A DNA stretch of 64,000 nucleotides from an uncultured Acholeplasmatales bacterium (lineage in GTDB: Bacteria; Bacillota_I; Bacilli_A; Acholeplasmatales; Anaeroplasmataceae). Below, one piece after another: positions 48,168 through 56,481 of this stretch. The position numbers were made by a program, and so were the translations under genes. Under the pieces are notes generated by a model. It was not told the DNA's origin. It searched no databases and saw only the letters and a program-made list of their open reading frames with translations. The stretch spans positions 25,157 to 89,156 of the forward strand of contig CALUXS010000005.1 of assembly GCA_944324805.1 (NCBI GenBank), given 5' to 3'. Within the stretch, counting starts at the first letter, position 1. The number at the start of each line of letters is the position of its first letter.

Positions 48168-48221
48168 AATTCTTTCAAGAATTACTAGTATAATTTTAAC
48201 ACGCTTTCATAACTCAGTCAA
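48168..48221 (-). promoter_or_regulatory. uxaBAC promoter (TTGACT-17-TAAAAT) with downstream inverted repeat
   Basis: -35 at 48216-48221 and -10 at 48193-48198. Inverted repeat AATTCTT-nn-AAGAATT at 48168-48183 lies between the predicted start and the RBS. Confidence 0.5.
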
Positions 48222-48290
48222 TTAGTTTAAAATGATAAAAACCTTTTTAGTTACAATATTTTTTTACATTTTTAAATAAAAGCCTTTTTA

Positions 48291-48328
48291 AAATAAAAAT
48301 AAAAATAAGTGAAAAAATTTTCACTTAT
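48291..48328 (-). terminator. Terminator after rlmH
   Basis: ataagtgaaaa/ttttcacttat hairpin (48305-48328) overlapping the TAA stop, followed by TTTTTATTTTT. Confidence 0.7.
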
Positions 48329-48789
48329 TTGTGATATGTTTCATTGTTGTTAATTTTGAACGCTCGGTATATTTGTTCAAGTAATATTACGCGCATTAAT
48401 TGGTGTGGAAAAGTCATTTTAGAAAAACAAAGCAAAAAATCAGCCTGATCAATAACACACTTAGATAGTCCTAGAGAACCTCCAATTATAAAAGTTATAT
48501 TAGAACTTTTGTAATTGTATATTTCATCAATCTCTTTTGCCAATTCTATACTATCAAGCATTTTCCCTTTCAAATCACAGCATATGACATAACTAGAATT
48601 TGGGATTTTTTTTATTATTCTTTCTCCTTCAATTTGCTTAACACTTTTTTCATCACGATTATTACTTTCATCTTGTACTTCAATAATATCCAAAGTTGCA
48701 AATCTACTTATTCGCTTTGCATATTCCTTTATTGCGTCTAAAAAGAATTTCTCTTTTATTGAGCCAACAGTAATTATAGTTATTTTCAT
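48325..48789 (-). CDS. rlmH: 23S rRNA (pseudouridine1915-N3)-methyltransferase RlmH
   Basis: SPOUT fold pattern MKI.I..VG.K........EY.KR, FIIGGSLG and HQL.RV.L.EQIYRA. Confidence 0.9.
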   Translation of the reverse strand: MKITIITVGSIKEKFFLDAIKEYAKRISRFATLDIIEVQDESNNRDEKSVKQIEGERIIKKIPNSSYVICCDLKGKMLDSIELAKEIDEIYNYKSSNITFIIGGSLGLSKCVIDQADFLLCFSKMTFPHQLMRVILLEQIYRAFKINNNETYHK

Positions 48790-49595
48790 ATTTCTACCTC
48801 TTCAATTTCAAAAGGCATCGTAAAAATAAATTTAATATTCTCACAATATACACCTAATTTGTTAAAAATTTTTTTACGAGTCAAATCAATCAATTCGCGT
48901 AAATTACATTCTGCAGATATATGAGCATAAAAGACATACTTAGTATGTTCTCCAACTAAATTTGCTAATGCATAAATAGCATCAGCATTTGAAAGATGCC
49001 CATGGTCAGATAATATTCGTTGCTTTAACGAAAATGGTCTAGAACTATTCATCAGTATTTCAGGATCGTGGTTCGTTTCAAAAATGTAGCACGATGCATC
49101 ATAAATAAGTTTCATAACCTCTTGATGTATATATCCAGTATCTGTCAAATAAACTAATTTTTTTTCATTTTCTTTAATTAAGTAACCTACAGGTTCAACA
49201 GCATCGTGAAAAGTAGGAAGAGGAGTTATTTCTAAATTTCCCAAAGAAAATTTCTCATATTTAAAATCATTCCTACGTAAAACTAAGAATCTATCTTTGT
49301 ATTCTTTTAAAAATGCCATATACCTATTATTATTAGCAAGAAATTTAAGAGTACCAAGAGTTAAAATGACTTTTGCATTTGTATTCTTAACAAAAACCAT
49401 CAAGCCAGCAATATGGTCAATATGTTCATGTGTTATCAAAACATAATCTATTTTTTTAAAGTCAACATCTATTTTTTTTAAGGCATTATCAATTCTTTTT
49501 TTAGTGATTCCAACATCAATTAAAAGTCTTATGTTATCACTTTCAACATATGTTGAGTTTCCATCAGAACCACTTGCAAGTACTTTCACTATCAT
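48786..49595 (-). CDS. MBL-fold metallo-hydrolase (YycJ/WalJ-like)
   Basis: HEHIDH (HxHxDH) motif. The position upstream of rlmH matches Bacillus yycJ-rlmH. ATG 49593-49595 behind GGTGA is preferred over the TTG at 49619. Confidence 0.8.
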   Translation of the reverse strand: MIVKVLASGSDGNSTYVESDNIRLLIDVGITKKRIDNALKKIDVDFKKIDYVLITHEHIDHIAGLMVFVKNTNAKVILTLGTLKFLANNNRYMAFLKEYKDRFLVLRRNDFKYEKFSLGNLEITPLPTFHDAVEPVGYLIKENEKKLVYLTDTGYIHQEVMKLIYDASCYIFETNHDPEILMNSSRPFSLKQRILSDHGHLSNADAIYALANLVGEHTKYVFYAHISAECNLRELIDLTRKKIFNKLGVYCENIKFIFTMPFEIEEVEI

Positions 49596-49684
49596 ATTAA
49601 TCACCATTTTCCACGACAATTATACCATTCTTTGTTCATTTTGCAATAAAGCAAATTAAATGCGTTTATAATTATCATAATATA

Positions 49685-49713
49685 TTGATTTTAATCAATA
49701 AAAATGGTATCAT
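49685..49713 (+). promoter_or_regulatory. Promoter of the lipoprotein pair (TTGATT-17-TGgTATCAT)
   Basis: -35 at 49685-49690 lies inside the palindrome ATTGAT-TTTA-ATCAAT (49684-49699). Extended -10 at 49708-49713. RBS AAGGAG precedes the ATG at 49751. Confidence 0.55.
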
Positions 49714-49750
49714 ATTAAACGCTAGAGTTTTAAAAAAAGGAGTTTTTTAA

Positions 49751-52700
49751 ATGTTAAAAATTGATATTTTTTCAACGAAAATGCGTAGAATTTTATCTAT
49801 TTTGATTCTCGCAATTCTTACAATAACAATTACAGGATGTAAATCAAAGGTAGTTGACACTTTGCCTTATGATGAAAACTATCTAACTGTAGGTAATTAT
49901 TCTGTTACTAAAGGTGAGGTATGGAATGAATTAAAATGGAATGCTGCTGATTTATTTGATACTAAAGCACAAGAGGCAGTTCTTAATAAATACATTGAAG
50001 ACATTAAAAATGTAATGTCTAATCCATCTGATTCTAAGTATACAGAATATAAAACACGTCTTCAAAGTTATCTTGTTGAAGATGTATATGATTTGACATT
50101 CTCACTTGAAAGTCATGATGAAGAAATTGAAGACTTAAAAGCGGATGCAAAAACAAAAAGTATTAAAAAATATGCTGATGAAGTATATCAAAATTATAAG
50201 GTTGACATTAAAACCGAAGAAATCATTAATGCACTTGAAGCAAATGATTATGACAAATTAAGCCCTCTATATGAAAATTATTATTTAAATTATGCAAAAG
50301 AACTTCTAGCAATTGACAAATTAAATGAAGAAATAGAGGAAAAAAATAAAGAAGCTTTAGAAGATGATGATGAAGATACAGTTGGTTACTTCACTAAATC
50401 TGAAATTGTTTCTAAATACAAGGATAAATATTTACATCAAGGATATGTAGATGTCATAATGATTAAATTTGCTTCTGAAACTGAAGCTAAAGAAACTCTA
50501 AGAGCATTTGGTTTGATAGTTAATGATGAAAATCAATTATGCTATCTAACTAATACACCTTCTAATTTTAATGATTATAAAAAATATTATGATGAATTTG
50601 ACTTTGATGAAAAAACTGAAAGTGATTATTTACCATTAGACTCATATTATGGTAGTTCTATTATTTTACAATTATATATTGCAATGTATAACTATATTTA
50701 CACTTATCGTGATGCAATAGAAAACATAGATGTAAACATGCAAAATATTATTGATCAACGTAGTACTACTGCTGCTTTAATTGAGACATATAATGATTTA
50801 GAAATCAAAAATAAAGATGAAGAAGATAAACGTATTGATGATATAATGAAACAAGTTAATTCTGATGGTCCAAATGAATTCGTTCGTTATACTGCAGAAG
50901 AAATTAACGATATTGATTCAAGTTTATACGATTACATCTATGAGACACTTCAAACACCTGAAGAAACTATTAAAGATGGTGAAGAACAATCAGATAAAAT
51001 TAATCGTTATACTACTTCTCCAAAATCTATTAATAGCAACTACTATATGATTTATAAAGTTGATTACGAAGAAAATGTTGCAGATGATAAATTATATGAT
51101 AGTGAAGATGATACTGATGAACTATACAATAAAATAGTTAAAGATGAAAATTTATATTCTAGAATCATAAAAGATTTAACTAATGAAGATTTAACTTCTT
51201 CTTATATTGATGAAAAATTAAATGCTGAAATGGAAAACGTTAAAGTTAAGATTTTCGATAAGAGTATCGAAATTGCTTATAGTGTAGACCACTCAGATTA
51301 TAATAAAACATTATCTAAAGCTCCTGATACAAATACAATTGCTACATTTGAATATGATGGCACTACTATTTCATATTATTTAACTACTGAAGATGGAAAA
51401 GGATTATGGGATATTCTAGAGTATCGCAATGGTACTTCTGTTGCTTCTAATTTAATATCTACAAAAATGATTAAAGACTCAGAAGAGTATAAATCAATTC
51501 CTCAGGAAGATATTGATTCTTACTACAAATCAATAGAGTACGTTTTAGCATCATTTGCAAACGATGCTTTAGCTTCAAATGGATATCCTGCTTCAATTGG
51601 TAAGTATAATTTCTTGATGTTATATTATCATACAGCAGATGTTGATCAAATTGTTGATGATGTTTTCAAAGTAAGTAACGCAAGTTCTCAAATCTTAACT
51701 AACTATATTGCTGATGATACTCTTGAATTCTTTAACTATTATAATGAAATTGCATATAAAAATTTCTTTTCAGTAAACGCAACTGATTTAAAAATATATT
51801 TAGATAAAGACGAAGATGGCGAAGCAGATGAAATCGATTGGAATACTGAAGTTGTTACAATAGATGGTGAATTTAAAGGAATGCTTCTAAAGGATGTTGC
51901 AAAGGAACTTGTAGAAACTATTTACACAAAAGTTGCTGCTACTTCTGGAGATCATAAAACTGCCTTAACAGATATTGTATCTACTTACAATTCAACTAGT
52001 CGTTTTAATCCTAAAGAAGGCGGCCAATTTGATGATGATGAATATGATCCAATTGGTTCAGAATGGGATTATGCAAAATTCAAAAGAACAGGTCTTGTTA
52101 TTTCAACAGAAGATTTAACTGTTACTAACTCTTCAACTGATATTGATATTAACATTATGAATAAACTTCGTGATGTATATATGGATAATAATTTGGCTGA
52201 AAAAGAATATTCAGAAGTTATTTTAGAAAATCCTAATGATGAAAATGCTTTGGTTGAAGCTAATAATTGTCTAAATTATTTCTTAATTACTGGTTATGAA
52301 AAACCAGCAAGTGCTAAGTTTGAAGCATATAAGGATGTTGATGGAATTTATCAAAATATTGTATACAAATACAATGAAGATTATATTACAGTTGAAAATG
52401 TTTATAATGATGGAGATATGCTTAATAAGAATCAAATAGAAGCTTACATACTTGAATATTTAGCATCTTCTACTTCTAACTTACTTCCAACTGATATATC
52501 TACTAGTCTTACAAATTTCTTAAGTCCAATTTTAACTCGTTACCAAGATACTGCTACTCAAATAGAAATCATTTATAACTATGTATCAAATGGAGACAAC
52601 TCTGCATATCAATTTGCTGATTCAAATAATAATGAACGTTTTGAAACATTAAGAGAAATTAACATTAGAGTTGCAGACGATTATAAAACTTATGAAAATG

Positions 52701-52780
52701 AAGAAGATGAAGCAAAATTCAATAATTTTGCTGGTTGGTGGGACAAATTAAAAGAATTGTCAAATGGAGGTAATAAATAA
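49751..52780 (+). CDS. Giant acidic lipoprotein, PrsA/SurA-like with degenerate parvulin-like modules
   Basis: Signal peptide plus lipobox LTITITG|C. N-terminal YLTVGNYSVTKGEVWNELK resembles the PrsA/SurA N-domain. The parvulin-equivalent segments read ATDLKIYL ... NYFLITGY, so both His are absent. D/E/N/Y-rich. Confidence 0.6.
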   Translation: MLKIDIFSTKMRRILSILILAILTITITGCKSKVVDTLPYDENYLTVGNYSVTKGEVWNELKWNAADLFDTKAQEAVLNKYIEDIKNVMSNPSDSKYTEYKTRLQSYLVEDVYDLTFSLESHDEEIEDLKADAKTKSIKKYADEVYQNYKVDIKTEEIINALEANDYDKLSPLYENYYLNYAKELLAIDKLNEEIEEKNKEALEDDDEDTVGYFTKSEIVSKYKDKYLHQGYVDVIMIKFASETEAKETLRAFGLIVNDENQLCYLTNTPSNFNDYKKYYDEFDFDEKTESDYLPLDSYYGSSIILQLYIAMYNYIYTYRDAIENIDVNMQNIIDQRSTTAALIETYNDLEIKNKDEEDKRIDDIMKQVNSDGPNEFVRYTAEEINDIDSSLYDYIYETLQTPEETIKDGEEQSDKINRYTTSPKSINSNYYMIYKVDYEENVADDKLYDSEDDTDELYNKIVKDENLYSRIIKDLTNEDLTSSYIDEKLNAEMENVKVKIFDKSIEIAYSVDHSDYNKTLSKAPDTNTIATFEYDGTTISYYLTTEDGKGLWDILEYRNGTSVASNLISTKMIKDSEEYKSIPQEDIDSYYKSIEYVLASFANDALASNGYPASIGKYNFLMLYYHTADVDQIVDDVFKVSNASSQILTNYIADDTLEFFNYYNEIAYKNFFSVNATDLKIYLDKDEDGEADEIDWNTEVVTIDGEFKGMLLKDVAKELVETIYTKVAATSGDHKTALTDIVSTYNSTSRFNPKEGGQFDDDEYDPIGSEWDYAKFKRTGLVISTEDLTVTNSSTDIDINIMNKLRDVYMDNNLAEKEYSEVILENPNDENALVEANNCLNYFLITGYEKPASAKFEAYKDVDGIYQNIVYKYNEDYITVENVYNDGDMLNKNQIEAYILEYLASSTSNLLPTDISTSLTNFLSPILTRYQDTATQIEIIYNYVSNGDNSAYQFADSNNNERFETLREINIRVADDYKTYENEEDEAKFNNFAGWWDKLKELSNGGNK

Positions 52781-55503
52781 TGAAGTTAATTAAAAAAATT
52801 GGCTCTTTTGCATTAGCTATTGCTTTGATTGGTACTCTTTCTTCTTGTAAGAAAGAATACCGTAATCAAAACATTCCATATGGTACTATTAGTTCATCTA
52901 AAGTTGTACTTAGCTCAAATGATGGTAAGTATAGCGTTTCAGAAAAAGAACTATACAATAGACTTCGTTATAACAATGGTTACTCAGTCTTTGAAAGAAA
53001 ATTAAATGAGTTCGTTTATAAAAATGAAATCGATAGTTTCAAATATGAAGGCGAAGATAAAATAACTATTGATGAAAAAGTTGCTGAAGCCGTTTATGGA
53101 ACTTCTGATCCAGAAGCATTGTTGGCTAAGCAAAAACTTGACGAATCTAAAGAAGATAGCGAAAAAGAACTTGTTATTTCAAGAAAAAAATATGTTGATT
53201 CAATGTCTCAACAAGGAATTAAATTAACTGAAGAACAGTTAGTTTTTGATACAATTAACAAAGATACAAAACATGTTTCATTCTCTAATTTGCCTGATTC
53301 TTTAATTAAATATTTAGCTATGGATTTAATTAAGGAAGATGCTGGAATCACATATTTGAAAAGCATTGTTGATAAAGAAGAAATTCCTGATGAAGATGAT
53401 TCAAATATTTTGAATAAAAATACTTACTACTTCGATGATGCTGCTTTTGAAAACCAATATAATTCATATTATAAAACTTATAATACCGCTCATGGTATTA
53501 TTCTACCTTTCTCAACATTAAAGAGTGCGAAGGATGCTTTAAATAACGCTTTAAATACATTAGGTTACTCACAACTTGACGAGAGTAATTCACTTGAAGT
53601 ATATGTACAAATGTTCAATAATTACTATAATTATGAAGATGAAAAGTTAACTACTTCTACTATAGATAAAAATGATAAAACCACATTCGTTACAGATGAA
53701 GAAAATGATGATTTAAAGGATTTCTCAGATAATGTAAAAAATTTATTCTTAAAGTCACTTTCTGATGACAACAAATACTTAACTTCTCCTGTTAATATTG
53801 ATGGTAAATACTACTTAATCTATAGAAATGATGTAGAATACTTAACAGGTGGTTCTGAAGAGTTACCTTTCGAAAAGATTCCTGAGGACAAATTAGAAAG
53901 TATTAAAGCACAATGTAAAGAAGATTATATTGAATCTCAAGCTTCTTCAGTTCAAAGTAAAGTATATAGTGATAGATTAAAAGATTTAGAAATTAAAATT
54001 TATGACCCATTCATTGAAAATACATTTGCAAATAGTAATGATTTCTATGAATATGTTACTGATTCAAATAATGACTATATCTTAACTTCAAACAATGAAG
54101 ATTTAAAATATAGTGTTTCTGAATATTTTACTGATTTACAAAATTATAATATTAATTCTATTGCAACTGATTTATTAATTAACAAAATGCTATATAGTAC
54201 TCAGTATAGTTACTTAGATGAAGATGCAGAAAAGGAATTTAGAGATACTCTTAAAGATAAAGTAAAAAGCTTTAAAAAGGGTAAGGAAAACCTAAATAAA
54301 AACTATGGTGAAACTAATTTCTTATTCTATAGCTATGGATATACAACTACTGAAGAAGTTGTATTAAACAATATGGCATCTACAATTAAAGAATCTTATA
54401 TAAATGATTTCCTTTATACATCTTTAGTAACAGATAATCATGAAATAAATATGGATAATGTAGGATTCCTAAATAATATTTTAGATACTGCATTAGAACA
54501 ATTAAATGATACATTATTATTTGATATAAATATTGATCACATTCTAATTTCTATTGATAATAATGCCGATGGCGAAGCTGATGATATGGATGTATTCTTA
54601 GCTTCTATATCACCTGAAGAAAAGGCAAAATTTGAAGCAGCTGTAAAAGAATTAAATGATGCTATTATTAGAGAAGTTAATTCTATCAATGGTAGAACAA
54701 CAATAGAAAAATTAACTTACATTGTTGAAGCATTTAACAATGGTTATAGAACTCATGATGGAAAGAGCTGGGATGATTATAAAACTTATAATTTCATTTT
54801 AACTGCTGAATCTCTTGGTGATGTTGATGAATCTAATGTAACAAGTTATGTAGAACCATTTAGAGATTATGTTGAAGCAATGTTTAAAAAAGCAGTTGAA
54901 GAAAACCTTGAAATTCCTGAAGATGAAGAGGATCAAGGAAGATTATATTTTGCAACAGCTGGTGTTGATACTACTAATTATACGATTAATGATTTATGTC
55001 AAACTGTGTATGGTTACCATATGTTAAGTTTAAATTCTTATGAGAAAAATGAAGATGAATTAAATTTCAAATTTGAAGCTTCTTCTGATTCTGATGGCGA
55101 CTATAGAGATTTAAAAATCATCTTAGATGAAAATGATGTAGATGATGAAAATGATGATGTATACTATATAACTGATGTCTACAATAGTGACTCAGCAAAA
55201 CCTAGCATGAATCAAGTTGTTACATATTATGTAGAATATGTTAAGAATGATGTAACTTCTTTCACAACATCTCTTAAGAATGATTTAGCCACTCTTTTGA
55301 ATACTTCTATTGATAAATATAAATCAAGCACATTCCAAAATTATTTACTTGTTAAGAGTTTAGGTAAAGTTGAAGTTGATGAAAATTTAAGCAAATATTA
55401 TAGTTATGAAGGATACTTAACATATCTACAAAATCAAGCTGAAAGTTATGATTCTACTTCAGATTACAATAAATGGTATACTGAATATACTTGGAATAGA
55501 TAA
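52780..55503 (+). CDS. Giant acidic lipoprotein, PrsA/SurA-like with a His-retaining parvulin-like module
   Basis: Signal peptide plus lipobox GTLSS|C. Its ATG overlaps the upstream stop (TAATG), behind GGAGG. Parvulin-type motifs are NIDHILIS (His codon 54538-54540) and VYGYHMLSL (GYH at 55012-55020). A degenerate upstream module reads TAHGIILPF ... GKYYLIYR. Confidence 0.65.
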   Translation: MKLIKKIGSFALAIALIGTLSSCKKEYRNQNIPYGTISSSKVVLSSNDGKYSVSEKELYNRLRYNNGYSVFERKLNEFVYKNEIDSFKYEGEDKITIDEKVAEAVYGTSDPEALLAKQKLDESKEDSEKELVISRKKYVDSMSQQGIKLTEEQLVFDTINKDTKHVSFSNLPDSLIKYLAMDLIKEDAGITYLKSIVDKEEIPDEDDSNILNKNTYYFDDAAFENQYNSYYKTYNTAHGIILPFSTLKSAKDALNNALNTLGYSQLDESNSLEVYVQMFNNYYNYEDEKLTTSTIDKNDKTTFVTDEENDDLKDFSDNVKNLFLKSLSDDNKYLTSPVNIDGKYYLIYRNDVEYLTGGSEELPFEKIPEDKLESIKAQCKEDYIESQASSVQSKVYSDRLKDLEIKIYDPFIENTFANSNDFYEYVTDSNNDYILTSNNEDLKYSVSEYFTDLQNYNINSIATDLLINKMLYSTQYSYLDEDAEKEFRDTLKDKVKSFKKGKENLNKNYGETNFLFYSYGYTTTEEVVLNNMASTIKESYINDFLYTSLVTDNHEINMDNVGFLNNILDTALEQLNDTLLFDINIDHILISIDNNADGEADDMDVFLASISPEEKAKFEAAVKELNDAIIREVNSINGRTTIEKLTYIVEAFNNGYRTHDGKSWDDYKTYNFILTAESLGDVDESNVTSYVEPFRDYVEAMFKKAVEENLEIPEDEEDQGRLYFATAGVDTTNYTINDLCQTVYGYHMLSLNSYEKNEDELNFKFEASSDSDGDYRDLKIILDENDVDDENDDVYYITDVYNSDSAKPSMNQVVTYYVEYVKNDVTSFTTSLKNDLATLLNTSIDKYKSSTFQNYLLVKSLGKVEVDENLSKYYSYEGYLTYLQNQAESYDSTSDYNKWYTEYTWNR

Positions 55504-55507
55504 TTTA

Positions 55508-55547
55508 AAAAGAGATTGATTATATAAAAATCAATCTCTTTTTTTTA
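55508..55547 (+). terminator. Terminator after the lipoprotein operon
   Basis: agagattgatt-atataaa-aatcaatctct followed by a T8 run. Confidence 0.8.
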
Positions 55548-55550
55548 TCT

Positions 55551-55585
55551 AAAAATTAAAAAAGTTCTATTTAGATAGAACTTTT
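55551..55585 (-). terminator. Terminator after yhaM
   Basis: aaaagttctat-ttag-atagaactttt hairpin with a T-run on the minus strand. Confidence 0.7.
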
Positions 55586-55590
55586 AAAAA

Positions 55591-56481
55591 CTATTTTTTT
55601 GGCTTGTAAAATTTCATTTTCTCTAAAACAGGTATAGAATCCGTGAATGAACCTGAATCTGTTTGCGCAAGTATATCTCCTAAAACAGAAAACTTTGAAT
55701 CAATATTATCTAAAAAGTATATCATTAATGCTTCAGCTGTAATTGGTCTTTTAGCAGAACCATATTGCAATTGACCATGATGAGAAATAATAATATGCTC
55801 TAGAATCATCACTTCTTCTGTATTAGAATATCCTAATTCAAGAGCAATTTTTTCTATTTCCATTGTCCCTATTACAAGATGTCCTAATAATTGACCTGGT
55901 AAATCAAACTCTGTATTTTGAACATCATTATATTCAAAAATCTTTCCTAAATCGTGAAGGATAATTCCAGAAAATAGATAGTTTTTATCCAAAAAAGGAT
56001 AAATTTGAATCAAACTTTTCGCTAATTTTAACATACCAATTGTATGACTTATTAACCCTCCTAAATAGGAATGATGAATCTTTGTTCCACCAGGATATGT
56101 TAAGAAATCAACTAAATATTTATCAACTAATTTTACTGTTATGTTTTTTAAAATAGTATTATCAATTTCCTCAATATATTCATATAATATTTTCTTATTC
56201 TCATCAAAATTATTATGACTATGTGGAACAAATAAACGTAATATTTCTTCTCTTTCATGCGAATTTATCTTACTAACATCAACATAACTTTCTAATTTCA
56301 AACTATTTCTTACACCATTTTTTTCTGTTACATTGAATTGATAAACATGATTTTTTATTAATTCATCAGCTATTTCATTAGATGTTTTAACATTATATAA
56401 AATTCCATTTTCATTTTTAATTACTAAATTTATATAATTATCATTACTATTTTTAGTTAAAACAAAACCATTAATTATCAT
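55591..56481 (-). CDS. yhaM: 3'-5' exoribonuclease YhaM (OB fold + HD domain)
   Basis: N-terminal OB-like domain, then HHSYLGGLISHT and ILHDLGK HD motifs. Confidence 0.8.
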   Translation of the reverse strand: MIINGFVLTKNSNDNYINLVIKNENGILYNVKTSNEIADELIKNHVYQFNVTEKNGVRNSLKLESYVDVSKINSHEREEILRLFVPHSHNNFDENKKILYEYIEEIDNTILKNITVKLVDKYLVDFLTYPGGTKIHHSYLGGLISHTIGMLKLAKSLIQIYPFLDKNYLFSGIILHDLGKIFEYNDVQNTEFDLPGQLLGHLVIGTMEIEKIALELGYSNTEEVMILEHIIISHHGQLQYGSAKRPITAEALMIYFLDNIDSKFSVLGDILAQTDSGSFTDSIPVLEKMKFYKPKK

